This document shows, piece after piece, positions 1 through 9,547 of a stretch of DNA of 53,298 bases. Location: NCBI GenBank assembly GCA_022703175.1, contig JAKLEG010000001.1, positions 1 to 53,298 on the forward strand. Reading direction: 5' to 3'. Every line of letters begins with the position of its first letter. The first letter of the stretch is position 1. Position numbers and translations under genes: made by a program. The notes beneath the pieces are model-generated. The model worked only from the letters and a program-made list of their open reading frames with translations. It had not been told where the DNA came from and made no database searches. The stretch is from Myxococcota bacterium (lineage in GTDB: Bacteria; Myxococcota; XYA12-FULL-58-9).

Positions 1-18
1 TTCTACCTTCCTACGGAT

Positions 19-840
19 TTATTCAGGCTCATGGGCCAGCGGCGCATCGGGCGACACCACGTACCACTGCCGACCCTTCACCAGCTCTCGCTTCAACACT
101 CCCTGCCGCTCCAACTCGCCTAACAGTTTGATAAATGAAGAAAATCCGAGCTCGCGTTCATCAAAATCGGGCTTACGCCGTACGATGGTTTCTTTGATAA
201 ACGACGGGTTGATGGGGCCGGTGGCGCGCGCCAACAGGCTCGCCACCACCTCGCGCACCATGCGCGGCACCTCGGGTCCATCACTTGCAGGCTCGGGGGC
301 GATAGGGGCTTTCGCGTCCTGCCGGGCTTTGCGCACCGCGCGCTTGGGGCGCAGCTCCTCATGATGACTCTGCCGCTCGCTGGTCGGCATGTAAATGAAC
401 TCGTCGCAAGCTTTCACGAACATCGGCGAGGTGGCCTTTTTCACCGCCAAGCCGATCACTGTCTTATTGTTCTCGCGCAGCTTGTAGGCCAACGGGCAGA
501 AGTCGCTGTCCCCCGACGCGATCACAAACGTGTCGATATGCTCGCGGGCGTAACACAACTCCAACGCGTCGATGACGAGCCGCATATCAGCGCCATTCTT
601 GCCGGCGCGGGTCGAGGGCGGCACGTCAATGAGCTCCACCCCCAGCTCATGCAGGCGGCGCGTGGCATCCCGAAACCGCGACCAATCGCAATAGGCGCGC
701 CGAAACACCACCTTGCCGCGCTCCAGCAAACGTTCAAGCGGTGTGCTCAGGTCAAACGCGCCTGGGCTAATGCCGGTGTTGGTCACCAGGTTTTCAAAGT
801 CGATGAACAGCGCGATGCGCAGGCCCGTGGGATTGTCCAT
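19..840 (-). CDS. NYN/LabA-like PIN-fold domain protein with C-terminal OST-HTH (LOTUS)-like domain
   Basis: ORF 19..906. LRIALFIDFENL ... RRAYCDW ... GADMRLVIDA ... IASGDSDFCPLAYKLRENNKTVIGL matches the NYN/LabA acidic-residue pattern. The C-terminal FIKETIVRRKPDFDERELGFSSFIKLLGELERQGVL looks OST-HTH-like. Start moved to the ATG at 838-840 (MDNPTGLRIAL) because the 22 upstream codons are a Pro/Ala-rich extension. Confidence 0.7.
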   Translation of the reverse strand: MDNPTGLRIALFIDFENLVTNTGISPGAFDLSTPLERLLERGKVVFRRAYCDWSRFRDATRRLHELGVELIDVPPSTRAGKNGADMRLVIDALELCYAREHIDTFVIASGDSDFCPLAYKLRENNKTVIGLAVKKATSPMFVKACDEFIYMPTSERQSHHEELRPKRAVRKARQDAKAPIAPEPASDGPEVPRMVREVVASLLARATGPINPSFIKETIVRRKPDFDERELGFSSFIKLLGELERQGVLKRELVKGRQWYVVSPDAPLAHEPE

Positions 841-930
841 AGGCGTAGGCGCGCACGAGATGGGGGAGGTGTCAACAGGGGGAGTCGCCGCGCCGCCCGT
901 TCTCAAGCGGTGCGACCTTGTGGCCTCGCG

Positions 931-1563
931 CTACGACGCACTCCAGGTACCGCCGCCCTGGGTGCAGCTGGTCTGGTAGGTGGCCAGTTGCTCGGTCGGA
1001 ATGTCGTAGTAGAACGTCACATATTGCGACGGACCCGCGAGGCCCGTGCACTTGCCCGACAGACCTGCCGTGGTGCAACGGCCGCTCGAATAGGTGGCAC
1101 CCGCTTGCGCACAACCCTGTTCGGTGGTGGTAGGCGTGTAGCCCGAGCCGATGTACTCCATGCAGGCCGTTACCTCACCCACCACCAGCTCGCAGCTCCC
1201 CGCAAAACCGGTGCTCGTGGCGGTGCAGCTCAAGCCGAAGGGCTCATAACCATCGTCGCAGTTGCACACGGCATTGCCACCGCTCAACTCGCAGGTGCCG
1301 TGGCCGGAGCAGGTCTGGCCGTCACAGGTGGTGGCGCTTATGAGCGTGCAGGAGGTGCCGTTGGGCAGGTAGCCGCTGTCGCAGCTGCACACAGCCACGC
1401 CACTGACAAGGCTACAAGTGCCGTGCCCCGAGCAGGTCACGCCGCTGCAGCTTGCGGTGTTGTGGTTGCCGCCGGTGGTGTCATCATCCGAATCGTCACT
1501 ACCGCAAGCGTTTACGGCCATCGACAGGGAGGCGCACAAAGCGACCCGAAGCAATGCATTCAT
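931..1563 (-). CDS. secreted lipoprotein with EGF-like cysteine repeats
   Basis: N-terminal signal peptide with lipobox (SMAVNA-C). Repeated units CSGHGTC..(V/A)(V/A)C.C(D)(S/D)GY have EGF-like Cys spacing, and the C-terminal region is also Cys-rich. Confidence 0.6.
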   Translation of the reverse strand: MNALLRVALCASLSMAVNACGSDDSDDDTTGGNHNTASCSGVTCSGHGTCSLVSGVAVCSCDSGYLPNGTSCTLISATTCDGQTCSGHGTCELSGGNAVCNCDDGYEPFGLSCTATSTGFAGSCELVVGEVTACMEYIGSGYTPTTTEQGCAQAGATYSSGRCTTAGLSGKCTGLAGPSQYVTFYYDIPTEQLATYQTSCTQGGGTWSAS

Positions 1564-1871
1564 GGTTCAACATTCCTTGTTTGTGGGGATAAGCGCCCGG
1601 CACGTTAATGGAGACTAACGCATTGGGTCAAGCACCTGGAGCGCCTAGCACCTTCGCCGGGTCACACCAACATCCTGATTCTATTGAACAATGCCCCTGC
1701 AAATCAGCACCCCCCAAGGTGCGTTCGGGGTGGTTCTGCGGTCATGCCTGACACCTCAAGGTAACAGCAACTCCAGAGGCGGTTGCCTTCGTGCCTGTGG
1801 GCCGCGGCTGTGTCACAGTGGCAGGGCGCTTGCATCACGGGGCGCAGGAGGGCCAGTCACCGCTGGCGACC

Positions 1872-4826
1872 ATGCTGAACGCACCTACCCTTTGGCCACG
1901 TTGTTTGCTTGTCGCTGTTGCCGTTAGTGCTTGTGACGACGACCACGCGTCGATCGAGCCAACCCCCAACCCAGCCTGCGTGGTGGCTGCCGATTGCGCG
2001 CCTCCCAACGTATGTGAGGCTGGCAGTTGCGTCACGCCGTGCAAAACTCCTGCAGCCTGCGATGCGCCGCTGTACTGTGTGGCTGGCTATTGTCGCCCGT
2101 ATGAATGCGACAGCGATAGCCAGTGCCCAGAGAGCGCCGCGCAATGCCTGACACCCGACCTATCAACCGACTGCCAGGGCGAGCGCGCGCTCGGGTTATG
2201 CGCTGAAGGTCGCTGCGTGCGCATCCCTGATGACTCCGGGTGTGCGGGTGTATGGCATGGCTGTCCCAACAACTTGCGAGCCATCGCCTGCGGCGCGAGC
2301 GCCGTGCAAACAGCCCCCAGCTGCCCAAGCCAATGCCTCTCGGCCCTCGACTGCTTGGAGGGCTACGAGTGTCTGGAGGGCGCGTGCCAGAGCCCTGTGG
2401 GAACGCCACCTATACTGGGCAACGCCCCGGACCAATGGCTCAAGGTGGGTGTCGCTATGACCCCGCTCGCGCTCGCGAACTACGCCCTCGCCACCGACGG
2501 CGATGCCATCGACGGCTATGCGCTCACGAGCGGCAACCTGCCAGCCGGCCTGACCTTGGATGCCACAAGCGGCATGATCCAAGGCACACCCCAAAACGCC
2601 GGCACCAGCACCGCAAACTGGGTCGCCTGGGACGATGACGGCTATGCCACCCTGCCCGATGCCATTAGCTTCACCATCGCTCCTGCCGAGGTCACAACAA
2701 CCTGGCAAGGACCCGAGGTCCAGGTGGTTTGGGTGAACGGCTTCCCGCGCCTACGTATCAATGGCGTCGATGAGCTGCCGTTTTTCTTCACCGCCAATAC
2801 CCAAGGCGGCCTGCAAGACAACTGGGAGGCATTTGACGCGGAGGTGAGCTTTGCCGAGCAGTTTGGCGTCCCAATCTTATCCTTGTGCTTGGGCAGCTGG
2901 GGCTACTCAGACACCGAACCGCTCACTCCGGAGATGCGTACGCTGTTCGACCGCACCCTGGCCCACCACCCCAATGCCTACCTGCTGCCGCGCGTCTACT
3001 TCCACCACTACGGCGACCCCAGCCAGGTGCTGATGACGCTTACCGATGAGGCGAGCCACCACGTCTTCAACGCGCTCACCGAAACCTGGGTGGCCGACCG
3101 TCAACGCGCCTTAGCGCTGCTCCTAACCGCGCTCGACAAAGCCTACCCAGGGCGCATCCTGGGCGTGCACCTAAGCTACATGCAAACCGGAGAATGGTTT
3201 TTTCCCGAACCGGAAGCGGGTCGCTTTGCAGACTACAGCAGTGGTACCGCGGCCGGCTTTTGTGCCGCGCTGGGCCTGAACCCAGGGGATCCGGATTGCG
3301 CATTGCCTACCCCCAGCGAGCGCAACACCGCCACCGTGGGTAACAGCTTCTTAAGTGCTGAGTCGCCCACGGCGCTGCGCAGCATCCGCATGAACCAATA
3401 CCTGTCCCACCAAACCACCTTCGCCATCCGCGCGTTGGCCCAAACCGCCAAACAGGTGAGTGGCGGCCGGGCTTTGACGCTGGCGTTCTACGGTTACCTG
3501 TACGCCTTGGCCGATGTGCGCTTAACCGGCAGCGGCCACTTGGCGCTGGGCGAGCTGCTACAAGAGCCGGCGCTCGATGGTATCACCGCGCCGTACCAAT
3601 ACACCGCCTCCACCCGCCAAATGGGCGGCAACTTTTTGCCGCATGGGCCAATGGATTCGCCCGCTTTACACGGCAAGCTGTGGATCCACGAAGACGACAC
3701 CGAAACCCACCTGTGCAGCGACTGGCAGTGGCTCAGCTGCGACCAGGCCCAAAGCCTCACCGATAGCTGCTTCTTCCTGCGCCGCAACGCCTATGCCGCA
3801 GCATTGCACAAAAACGGCCTGTACAACTTCGACCTGTTGTTGGGCGGCTGGTATGGCATCCCCTCCGAACCCACGAGCAACGACTTGTGGTTGAACATCA
3901 ACCTTGTGCGAGGCCGCATCGGGGCCATGACCGACCTGCCGGGCCCCCACAGCATGCAGCCTCAAGTAGCTATATTTATTGATGATTTATCTCCAGCCTA
4001 CCTGCCTTTGGCGGGGCCGGCCGGGGGTCACGGTGAGTTCAACTTTGCGACCAACATGCAGCCGGTGGAGGCCTTGGCCGGTATCGGCGCACCGGTGCGA
4101 CACTACCTGTTGTCCGACCTGCTGTTGCCGAGCTTCGACGCCAGCCAAATCCGCTTGGCGGTGTTTCCCAACGCCTTCAGGGTCACAAGTGCGCTCGCCA
4201 ACGCAATTCACACGAAGCTTGAGGGGGCTGGGCGCACACTGGTTTATCTGTACGCTCCCGGGCTCCTAAACGACAGCGAGGTGGCCACCACGGCCGCCAT
4301 GACGAGCCTCACCGGCATCCAACTCGTGCGTGGCACAGGCCCGGCCTCGCTCACCACCGAGTTTGCCGATGCCGGCCCGATTCCCGCCATCCGTGCGCAG
4401 GCCGGCAGCCGCTATGGCGTGACTTACGGTGTCGACCCCTGGTTCTACAGCGACGATGCCAACGTCACGGTACTGGGGCGCTACTTCGGCCGTGGCCAAG
4501 CTGCCTTGGTGCTGCGCGAGTTTGGCGACTATCGCGTACTCTTCTCTGGCTCGCCCGAGCTACCCGCTGCCATCTATCAAGGCCTGGCTGAGTACGCCGG
4601 CGTACATCGGTACGCCACGACCCTGGGCGACACCCTGGAGGCCCAAGGTAACACCTTGTTATTACACGTAAATCAGGGTGGCAGCCGGACCCTGACGCTA
4701 CCGTTTGTAGCCGCTTCGGTGCGCGAAGACACCCTCGACCAAGTACGCGTGGTGTGTAGCAGCTGCAGCCAGTTCACCACCACGACCCTCGATGCTGGCG
4801 GCTCGGCGCTCTACGTGGTTCAGTAA
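1872..4826 (+). CDS. large lipoprotein: Cys-rich N-terminal module, He_PIG/cadherin-like Ig domain, and a big C-terminal domain (possibly glycoside-hydrolase-like TIM barrel, tentative)
   Basis: ORF 1791..4826. The internal ATG at 1872 gives MLNAPTLWPRCLLVAVAVSA-C (lipobox). YALTSGNLPAGLTLDATSGMIQGTPQNAGTS is the He_PIG 'putative Ig' signature. The C-terminal ~700 aa has no motif I can name securely. Confidence 0.6.
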   Translation: MLNAPTLWPRCLLVAVAVSACDDDHASIEPTPNPACVVAADCAPPNVCEAGSCVTPCKTPAACDAPLYCVAGYCRPYECDSDSQCPESAAQCLTPDLSTDCQGERALGLCAEGRCVRIPDDSGCAGVWHGCPNNLRAIACGASAVQTAPSCPSQCLSALDCLEGYECLEGACQSPVGTPPILGNAPDQWLKVGVAMTPLALANYALATDGDAIDGYALTSGNLPAGLTLDATSGMIQGTPQNAGTSTANWVAWDDDGYATLPDAISFTIAPAEVTTTWQGPEVQVVWVNGFPRLRINGVDELPFFFTANTQGGLQDNWEAFDAEVSFAEQFGVPILSLCLGSWGYSDTEPLTPEMRTLFDRTLAHHPNAYLLPRVYFHHYGDPSQVLMTLTDEASHHVFNALTETWVADRQRALALLLTALDKAYPGRILGVHLSYMQTGEWFFPEPEAGRFADYSSGTAAGFCAALGLNPGDPDCALPTPSERNTATVGNSFLSAESPTALRSIRMNQYLSHQTTFAIRALAQTAKQVSGGRALTLAFYGYLYALADVRLTGSGHLALGELLQEPALDGITAPYQYTASTRQMGGNFLPHGPMDSPALHGKLWIHEDDTETHLCSDWQWLSCDQAQSLTDSCFFLRRNAYAAALHKNGLYNFDLLLGGWYGIPSEPTSNDLWLNINLVRGRIGAMTDLPGPHSMQPQVAIFIDDLSPAYLPLAGPAGGHGEFNFATNMQPVEALAGIGAPVRHYLLSDLLLPSFDASQIRLAVFPNAFRVTSALANAIHTKLEGAGRTLVYLYAPGLLNDSEVATTAAMTSLTGIQLVRGTGPASLTTEFADAGPIPAIRAQAGSRYGVTYGVDPWFYSDDANVTVLGRYFGRGQAALVLREFGDYRVLFSGSPELPAAIYQGLAEYAGVHRYATTLGDTLEAQGNTLLLHVNQGGSRTLTLPFVAASVREDTLDQVRVVCSSCSQFTTTTLDAGGSALYVVQ

Positions 4827-4886
4827 CCCTAAATCGACAAGCGGTGTGTAGATCAGCTGGGTAGAACAGGGTTGAGGAGACTCTTT

Positions 4887-6437
4887 ATGATGGTCATCGG
4901 TGCCCGGCGGTTGCGGCGATGGTTGGTGGTGCTGTGTTGTGGCGGCTTACTGCCCCAATGCAACAGCGCCAACCCTGCGGGCGATTGCGTAAACAACAGC
5001 GCGTGCGCTGAGGGCTTTCTCTGTCAGGCTGGCACCTGCATGCAAGCATGTATCGACACGCCCTCGTGCGGCGAGGGTAGCTACTGCCTGGAAGGAGTCT
5101 GCCAAACGTTTGAGTGTTTAAGCGACAGCGACTGTCAGGCCGACACCTTTACCTGTACCGACGTGGAGCTTACCAGCAATTGTCAGGGGCAGCGGAGCGT
5201 CGGCCGTTGTCTGGAGCACACCTGCCTAAAACTCGACGACGACTCGGCGTGCGCCGATGTGCTGCATGCCTGTCCCGACAACTTCAAAGCCGTACCGTGC
5301 ACGAGCAGCGCCAACCAAGCGCCGCCCGTGTGCCCAACCCAGTGCAGTGGCGACGCCGACTGTCTGGCAGGCTACGGTTGCACGTTGGGAGCTTGCAGCT
5401 CGGGCACCGGCCAACCACCCGTGTTGGTGCCCGCCCCCGACCAAGCCTTGCGCGTAGGGGTGGCGATGACGCCACTCAACTTGGCGGGCTACACCATCAC
5501 CACTGACGGCGATGCTATTTTGGGCTACGAGCTGCTAAGCGGCAGCTTGCCCACCGGGCTTACCTTGCTTACGGACACCGGGGTCATCAGCGGCACGCCC
5601 ACCGCCGTCGGCACAAGCGCGATCACCTGGAGCGCGCGCGACAAAGACGGCACCCAAGCCAGCGGTGACAGCTGCCAGTTCACCGTGACGGCGCCCGCCA
5701 CCCCGCCGCAGTTGAGCACGGCTCCCAATCAAAGCCTCACGTTAGGCACCCTCTATGCGAGCTCACTTGCGCCCTACGTCACGGCCACCGATGGCGACTT
5801 TATTACCGGTTACGTGCTGTTGGGCGGCACCCTGCCACCGGGCATCACCTTTAACACCAGCTCGGGGCTGTTGAGCGGCACACCCACAGGCCTGGGCGTG
5901 TTCACCATCACCTGGACAGCCGCCGACAAAGATGGCCAAAACTCCACCGGCAGCGCCCTGCAACTCACCGTAAATACCGGCACGCCGGTGATCATCTATT
6001 CCGACAGCCTAGGCGGTGCCGCGATGACGAGCATCCCGCGCGGCGCCTATCTGTATGGGCGCGTGCTCGCGTTGGGCCCCAACAATGTACAAGCGTGTGT
6101 GGAGGTGATGGGGGTGAGCGACGGCGCCTGTGCGGCGCCGCCAAGCGGCTGGACCAGCCTCCCCAACGCCGATTGGTCCTACGATAGCCTAAGCGGTGAA
6201 TGGCGGGCGCAAATTGCGCCGTGTACCTTCCCAGTCAACAACTATCGGCAGTTTGCCCGCGATGCCAACACCGGTGCGCAGTCCAACCTGGTGTTCGCGT
6301 TGATCGAGACGTGTCGCTGGATGGCGCAATCATTCCCTTGCGGCGCCACCCCCACCAGCAGCTGTGACGTCGCCAATGTCAATGCCACGCTTACCTGGGA
6401 TGGCTCGCCCTGGAAATGCACCTGCCTCTGTTACTGA
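4887..6437 (+). CDS. lipoprotein paralogous to the preceding gene in its N-terminal Cys-rich module; two He_PIG-like Ig repeats; Cys-rich C-terminus
   Basis: ORF 4872 (TTG)..6437, with the first ATG at 4887. Signal peptide plus LLPQ-C lipobox. Cys positions align by eye with the 1872..4826 product. YELLSGSLPTGLTLLTDTGVISGTPT and YVLLGGTLPPGITFNTSSGLLSGTPT are He_PIG-like. Confidence 0.6.
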   Translation: MMVIGARRLRRWLVVLCCGGLLPQCNSANPAGDCVNNSACAEGFLCQAGTCMQACIDTPSCGEGSYCLEGVCQTFECLSDSDCQADTFTCTDVELTSNCQGQRSVGRCLEHTCLKLDDDSACADVLHACPDNFKAVPCTSSANQAPPVCPTQCSGDADCLAGYGCTLGACSSGTGQPPVLVPAPDQALRVGVAMTPLNLAGYTITTDGDAILGYELLSGSLPTGLTLLTDTGVISGTPTAVGTSAITWSARDKDGTQASGDSCQFTVTAPATPPQLSTAPNQSLTLGTLYASSLAPYVTATDGDFITGYVLLGGTLPPGITFNTSSGLLSGTPTGLGVFTITWTAADKDGQNSTGSALQLTVNTGTPVIIYSDSLGGAAMTSIPRGAYLYGRVLALGPNNVQACVEVMGVSDGACAAPPSGWTSLPNADWSYDSLSGEWRAQIAPCTFPVNNYRQFARDANTGAQSNLVFALIETCRWMAQSFPCGATPTSSCDVANVNATLTWDGSPWKCTCLCY

Positions 6438-6440
6438 GCC

Positions 6441-7058
6441 TCAACCGCGCCAGGCGATATCCCAAAACCACGCCACTGGCGCACCGCCGCAGGTCACGTG
6501 AATCTCAGTCGCCCCAGCCACCTCCACGGCCCCGTGAATGAAGCCACAGGTGGCCTCACGAAAGTCAGCAGGCAGGTCGGGATAGCCTTCGACAGTCAGG
6601 CGGCCATGCCCCACCCCAAGCCGCTCAAAGTGTGCAACACCCTGGCCATGATACGTACGCCACAAACGGGGTGAATGTTTGATGAGCGTCTCAACGCTCA
6701 GCACCTTGAGCAACATCCGATAGCCGCCTTGCAAGTTGTCGCGGGCCATCTCGATGCCAAAGCGGCGCAGGCGGTCGTTGGCACCGAGCTCTGGGTAAAA
6801 CAGCGGCCCACCCACCCGGAACAGCCTGGTGACGTACTCGATACTCACGGTGCTAATTGGCAAAACGTCACGGAAGGTGCGCAACTCATCGTGTGACAGT
6901 TGCGCCAAAAACGCCTGGCGAGCCTCGACGCTCTGCGTCGCCAACAGCTCACGCATAAAGACCACGCCTGTGCCCTTGTAGCTCCCCATCACGCTCCCTG
7001 CGGTGCCTTCTACCGACGCGAGGATGTGCTCAACAACCCCTCGGCAGTCAAGAAACAT
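6441..7058 (-). CDS. hypothetical cytoplasmic protein, possibly DUF2378 (TIGR02265 myxobacterial paralogous family) / ligand-binding fold
   Basis: 205-aa ORF with non-repetitive, balanced composition. Size and C-terminal pattern (GYP.LP..F.E..CGFI.GA.E..GA..) recall DUF2378. This is assigned from memory only. Confidence 0.35.
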   Translation of the reverse strand: MFLDCRGVVEHILASVEGTAGSVMGSYKGTGVVFMRELLATQSVEARQAFLAQLSHDELRTFRDVLPISTVSIEYVTRLFRVGGPLFYPELGANDRLRRFGIEMARDNLQGGYRMLLKVLSVETLIKHSPRLWRTYHGQGVAHFERLGVGHGRLTVEGYPDLPADFREATCGFIHGAVEVAGATEIHVTCGGAPVAWFWDIAWRG

Positions 7059-7142
7059 GACGCATGAGGTCGAAGTTCCTTGCCACTTTGGATTCCGCTG
7101 CTATTCTGCCTCGGCACGACGAACCAAGTGGGCCAAGTGCTA

Positions 7143-7877
7143 ATGAATACTGACTATCGTCCGCTGTTGGCAATCATTACGGGACTCTTCGAAGTGGGTG
7201 TGGCCGGCTGGGCCGTGTTAGGGCCTGGGCGCCGCAACATCGTTCGCCCCACGGTGGCGCTCCTGCTGCTGTTGGCCGGTTACCAGTTCGCCGAGGTGTT
7301 CGTCTGCATGAACACCTCCGAGATCCGCTTCGCGCGCGTGGCGTTCATGGACATCATCTTCTTGCCACCCACTGGCCTCTGGCTGTTGGCACAACTGGGG
7401 GCACAGGATTACCCCAAGATCCGGCGCGCCGCTGGCACCACCATCGGCTTGGCCGGCCTGCTTGCCACCTGGGTGTGGGTTGACCCCACCTTCGTCACCC
7501 GCTCGGTGTGTGAAGTGATTCTGGCGCGCTACGTGAACCCGACACCGCTGTACCCTATTTACGCCGCGTTCTACATGCTGGGCTTGGGAGCGATGCTGAT
7601 TGGCGCTTCACTGGGCATGGCGCATCGCGAAGACCCGCTGGATCGCCAGAACATGGCCGACATCCAAATCGGCACCATCTTGTTCGTCGTGCCGGGCATC
7701 TTCTTCCAAATCCTGTTCCCGAAATACATTGGCACCAGCCCCTCGATGATGTGCCACTTCGCGGCGTTCTTAGGCATTGCCTTGTGGCACATGCTGGTGC
7801 GGGAACGCCGCTGGGCTTTGGCTCACAGTCAGGCGAACGCGATGCGCTCCGTTACCAGCCACTTGTTGGCGCGCTAG
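7143..7877 (+). CDS. polytopic inner-membrane protein of unknown function
   Basis: ORF 7080 (TTG)..7877, with an ATG at 7143. Six to seven hydrophobic segments of about 20 aa separated by short charged loops. No catalytic motif recognised. Confidence 0.5.
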   Translation: MNTDYRPLLAIITGLFEVGVAGWAVLGPGRRNIVRPTVALLLLLAGYQFAEVFVCMNTSEIRFARVAFMDIIFLPPTGLWLLAQLGAQDYPKIRRAAGTTIGLAGLLATWVWVDPTFVTRSVCEVILARYVNPTPLYPIYAAFYMLGLGAMLIGASLGMAHREDPLDRQNMADIQIGTILFVVPGIFFQILFPKYIGTSPSMMCHFAAFLGIALWHMLVRERRWALAHSQANAMRSVTSHLLAR

Positions 7878-7907
7878 CCGTCGGCTCACACACAGCATCA
7901 ACATCGT

Positions 7908-9029
7908 TTAGCGAGCCAATTGCAGCGGTGGGCGGGCGTAACCGTTCGGGAACGGCTCGGCCTCTTCACGGCGTTGCACTTCACGATAGGTCAAGCGCTC
8001 TTCCTCGATGCGTGCCTGGTAGGCGCGCAGCCGCGCCGAGTAACCGCGCTCACCAAACGCCGCAACACCAATCACCCCGACGTTGCGGGCGCTACCGGTG
8101 AGGGCCGCGTAGGAATCGCGCACCGCACCAAACCGGAACGCTGCCACCGCCGCTTCGCTCTGGCGAAAGCCTTCGACTTCGAGCACGCCGTAGGCCTCGA
8201 TCAGATAGCCGCGTTTGCCATAACCAGCGTCGCGCCCGTCCAGCACGTCTAAGCCGTCCACGCTCAACACCACTTCAAAGCGCTCGTTGGTGTTATTGCG
8301 CACCATGATGGTGTAGCGCTGATTGTGCTCCCCCACCGCCACCGTGCGGCCGTTGCCACGATAAGCGGGCAACACGTTGCCCGAGTCACCACGCAGCCAC
8401 ACGGACAACGCTGAGCTCAAGTTAGCGCTGGCACTCGTGGCATAAGCACCGCTACCCGCCATGGCGCGTGCGCCACGCGCGTCGTTGTAATTGAGGCTGG
8501 CGCTGTAAGTCGGACGCCCGCCATCGCGCTCAAACGGTACATTGGTCACCGCGGAGTAGCGCGTTTCACCCCAACGAGTGCCAAGCCCCGGTCGACTCTC
8601 TTCGGCAGCTTGAGGCATCGGCTTGTCACTGCGGCTGATGCCACCCATACCCGTGCTGCTACTTGCGCGGCCACGCGCGGGCGACGAGGGAGGGGTGGCG
8701 TCGGCTGAAGTCTTGGCTTTGGCTTCGCCGCGGAAATCACCCTCAGGAGCAGCGGTGGCGGGTGGCACCGGCTGTTCATTGTGGCCGCGTAAATCATCCA
8801 CCGGTGCCGGTTCAGCGACAGCCCCGGTGTCGTGCCACCCTTGCTCCGCCGCAGCGCCCGCAGGCGGACGCGCAAAGCCACCTTCGTCGACGGGCTCTGG
8901 GAGCGGTGGGGTAGGCTCGTTCATGACACCGTTGCCGGTTTCACTTGGCAGCGGCGGTGGCATTTGTTCAGTGGCTTCAACGCAGGCAAACAGCAAGGCA
9001 GCGACAACAACGGTAAGGGTTCGCTTCAT
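7908..9029 (-). CDS. lipoprotein with Pro/Ala-rich linker and conserved-looking C-terminal beta-rich domain, function unknown
   Basis: MKRTLTVVVAALLFA-C lipobox, then about 130 aa of low-complexity Pro/Ala/Glu linker, then a globular C-terminal half (YTIMVRNNTNERFEVVLSVDGLDVLDG...). Confidence 0.55.
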   Translation of the reverse strand: MKRTLTVVVAALLFACVEATEQMPPPLPSETGNGVMNEPTPPLPEPVDEGGFARPPAGAAAEQGWHDTGAVAEPAPVDDLRGHNEQPVPPATAAPEGDFRGEAKAKTSADATPPSSPARGRASSSTGMGGISRSDKPMPQAAEESRPGLGTRWGETRYSAVTNVPFERDGGRPTYSASLNYNDARGARAMAGSGAYATSASANLSSALSVWLRGDSGNVLPAYRGNGRTVAVGEHNQRYTIMVRNNTNERFEVVLSVDGLDVLDGRDAGYGKRGYLIEAYGVLEVEGFRQSEAAVAAFRFGAVRDSYAALTGSARNVGVIGVAAFGERGYSARLRAYQARIEEERLTYREVQRREEAEPFPNGYARPPLQLAR

Positions 9030-9547
9030 GGCTCGTACCTCCAGGTTCTGGGAGGTATGTCGGGCATCCGTAAAAAAGTGGGAAACACAGGAGAGGAGGG
9101 GTGTGGGAGCACCTCTGGCGGCTCATGGGCGGCTCATGTTCCAGATGCCATGATCGCGCGCCCCCCAAAGCCCCGTTGCGGTGACCCATGCCCGCTACCG
9201 GTATGCCAAAAAGCACCCGGTGGCCGCTCAACGACCATTCCGGAGGTCTAAAAAGGCTGTCGGGCTGGCCCCTCAGGATCACCGCTTTGCCAAGCTCATG
9301 ATGCACCGCGCCCAAAGCTCGACACGCGACCCCAAGCGCCCCGTTGTGCGAGGCTCACGTGAACACCGTCATGACAAAGCTCTGGTTGTGCTGATGACAC
9401 AGCGCTTCCGGTGTGGTGGGGCAAGGGTGGGAGCGGCGTTACGAGCGTTCCGGGACGCGGAGGGAAAAAGACCCTCTGCTAACCACGTTGGCATCTGGCA
9501 TGATCGTCCCAAAGGGCCACACCACTATCTGGGTTGTTAGAGGTACA

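Noticed and set aside
361-1608. 415-aa plus-strand ORF spanning the NYN and EGF-lipoprotein loci
   Set aside because: It is antisense to two ORFs with clear domain signatures. The translation is Arg/Ala/Gly-rich with no motifs, which is typical of a high-GC shadow ORF.
9346-9363. CACGTGAA-containing sequences (here and near 6487-6502) as additional parS sites
   Set aside because: Only about 10/16 positions match the parS consensus. The flanking TGTTT/AACA arms are absent.
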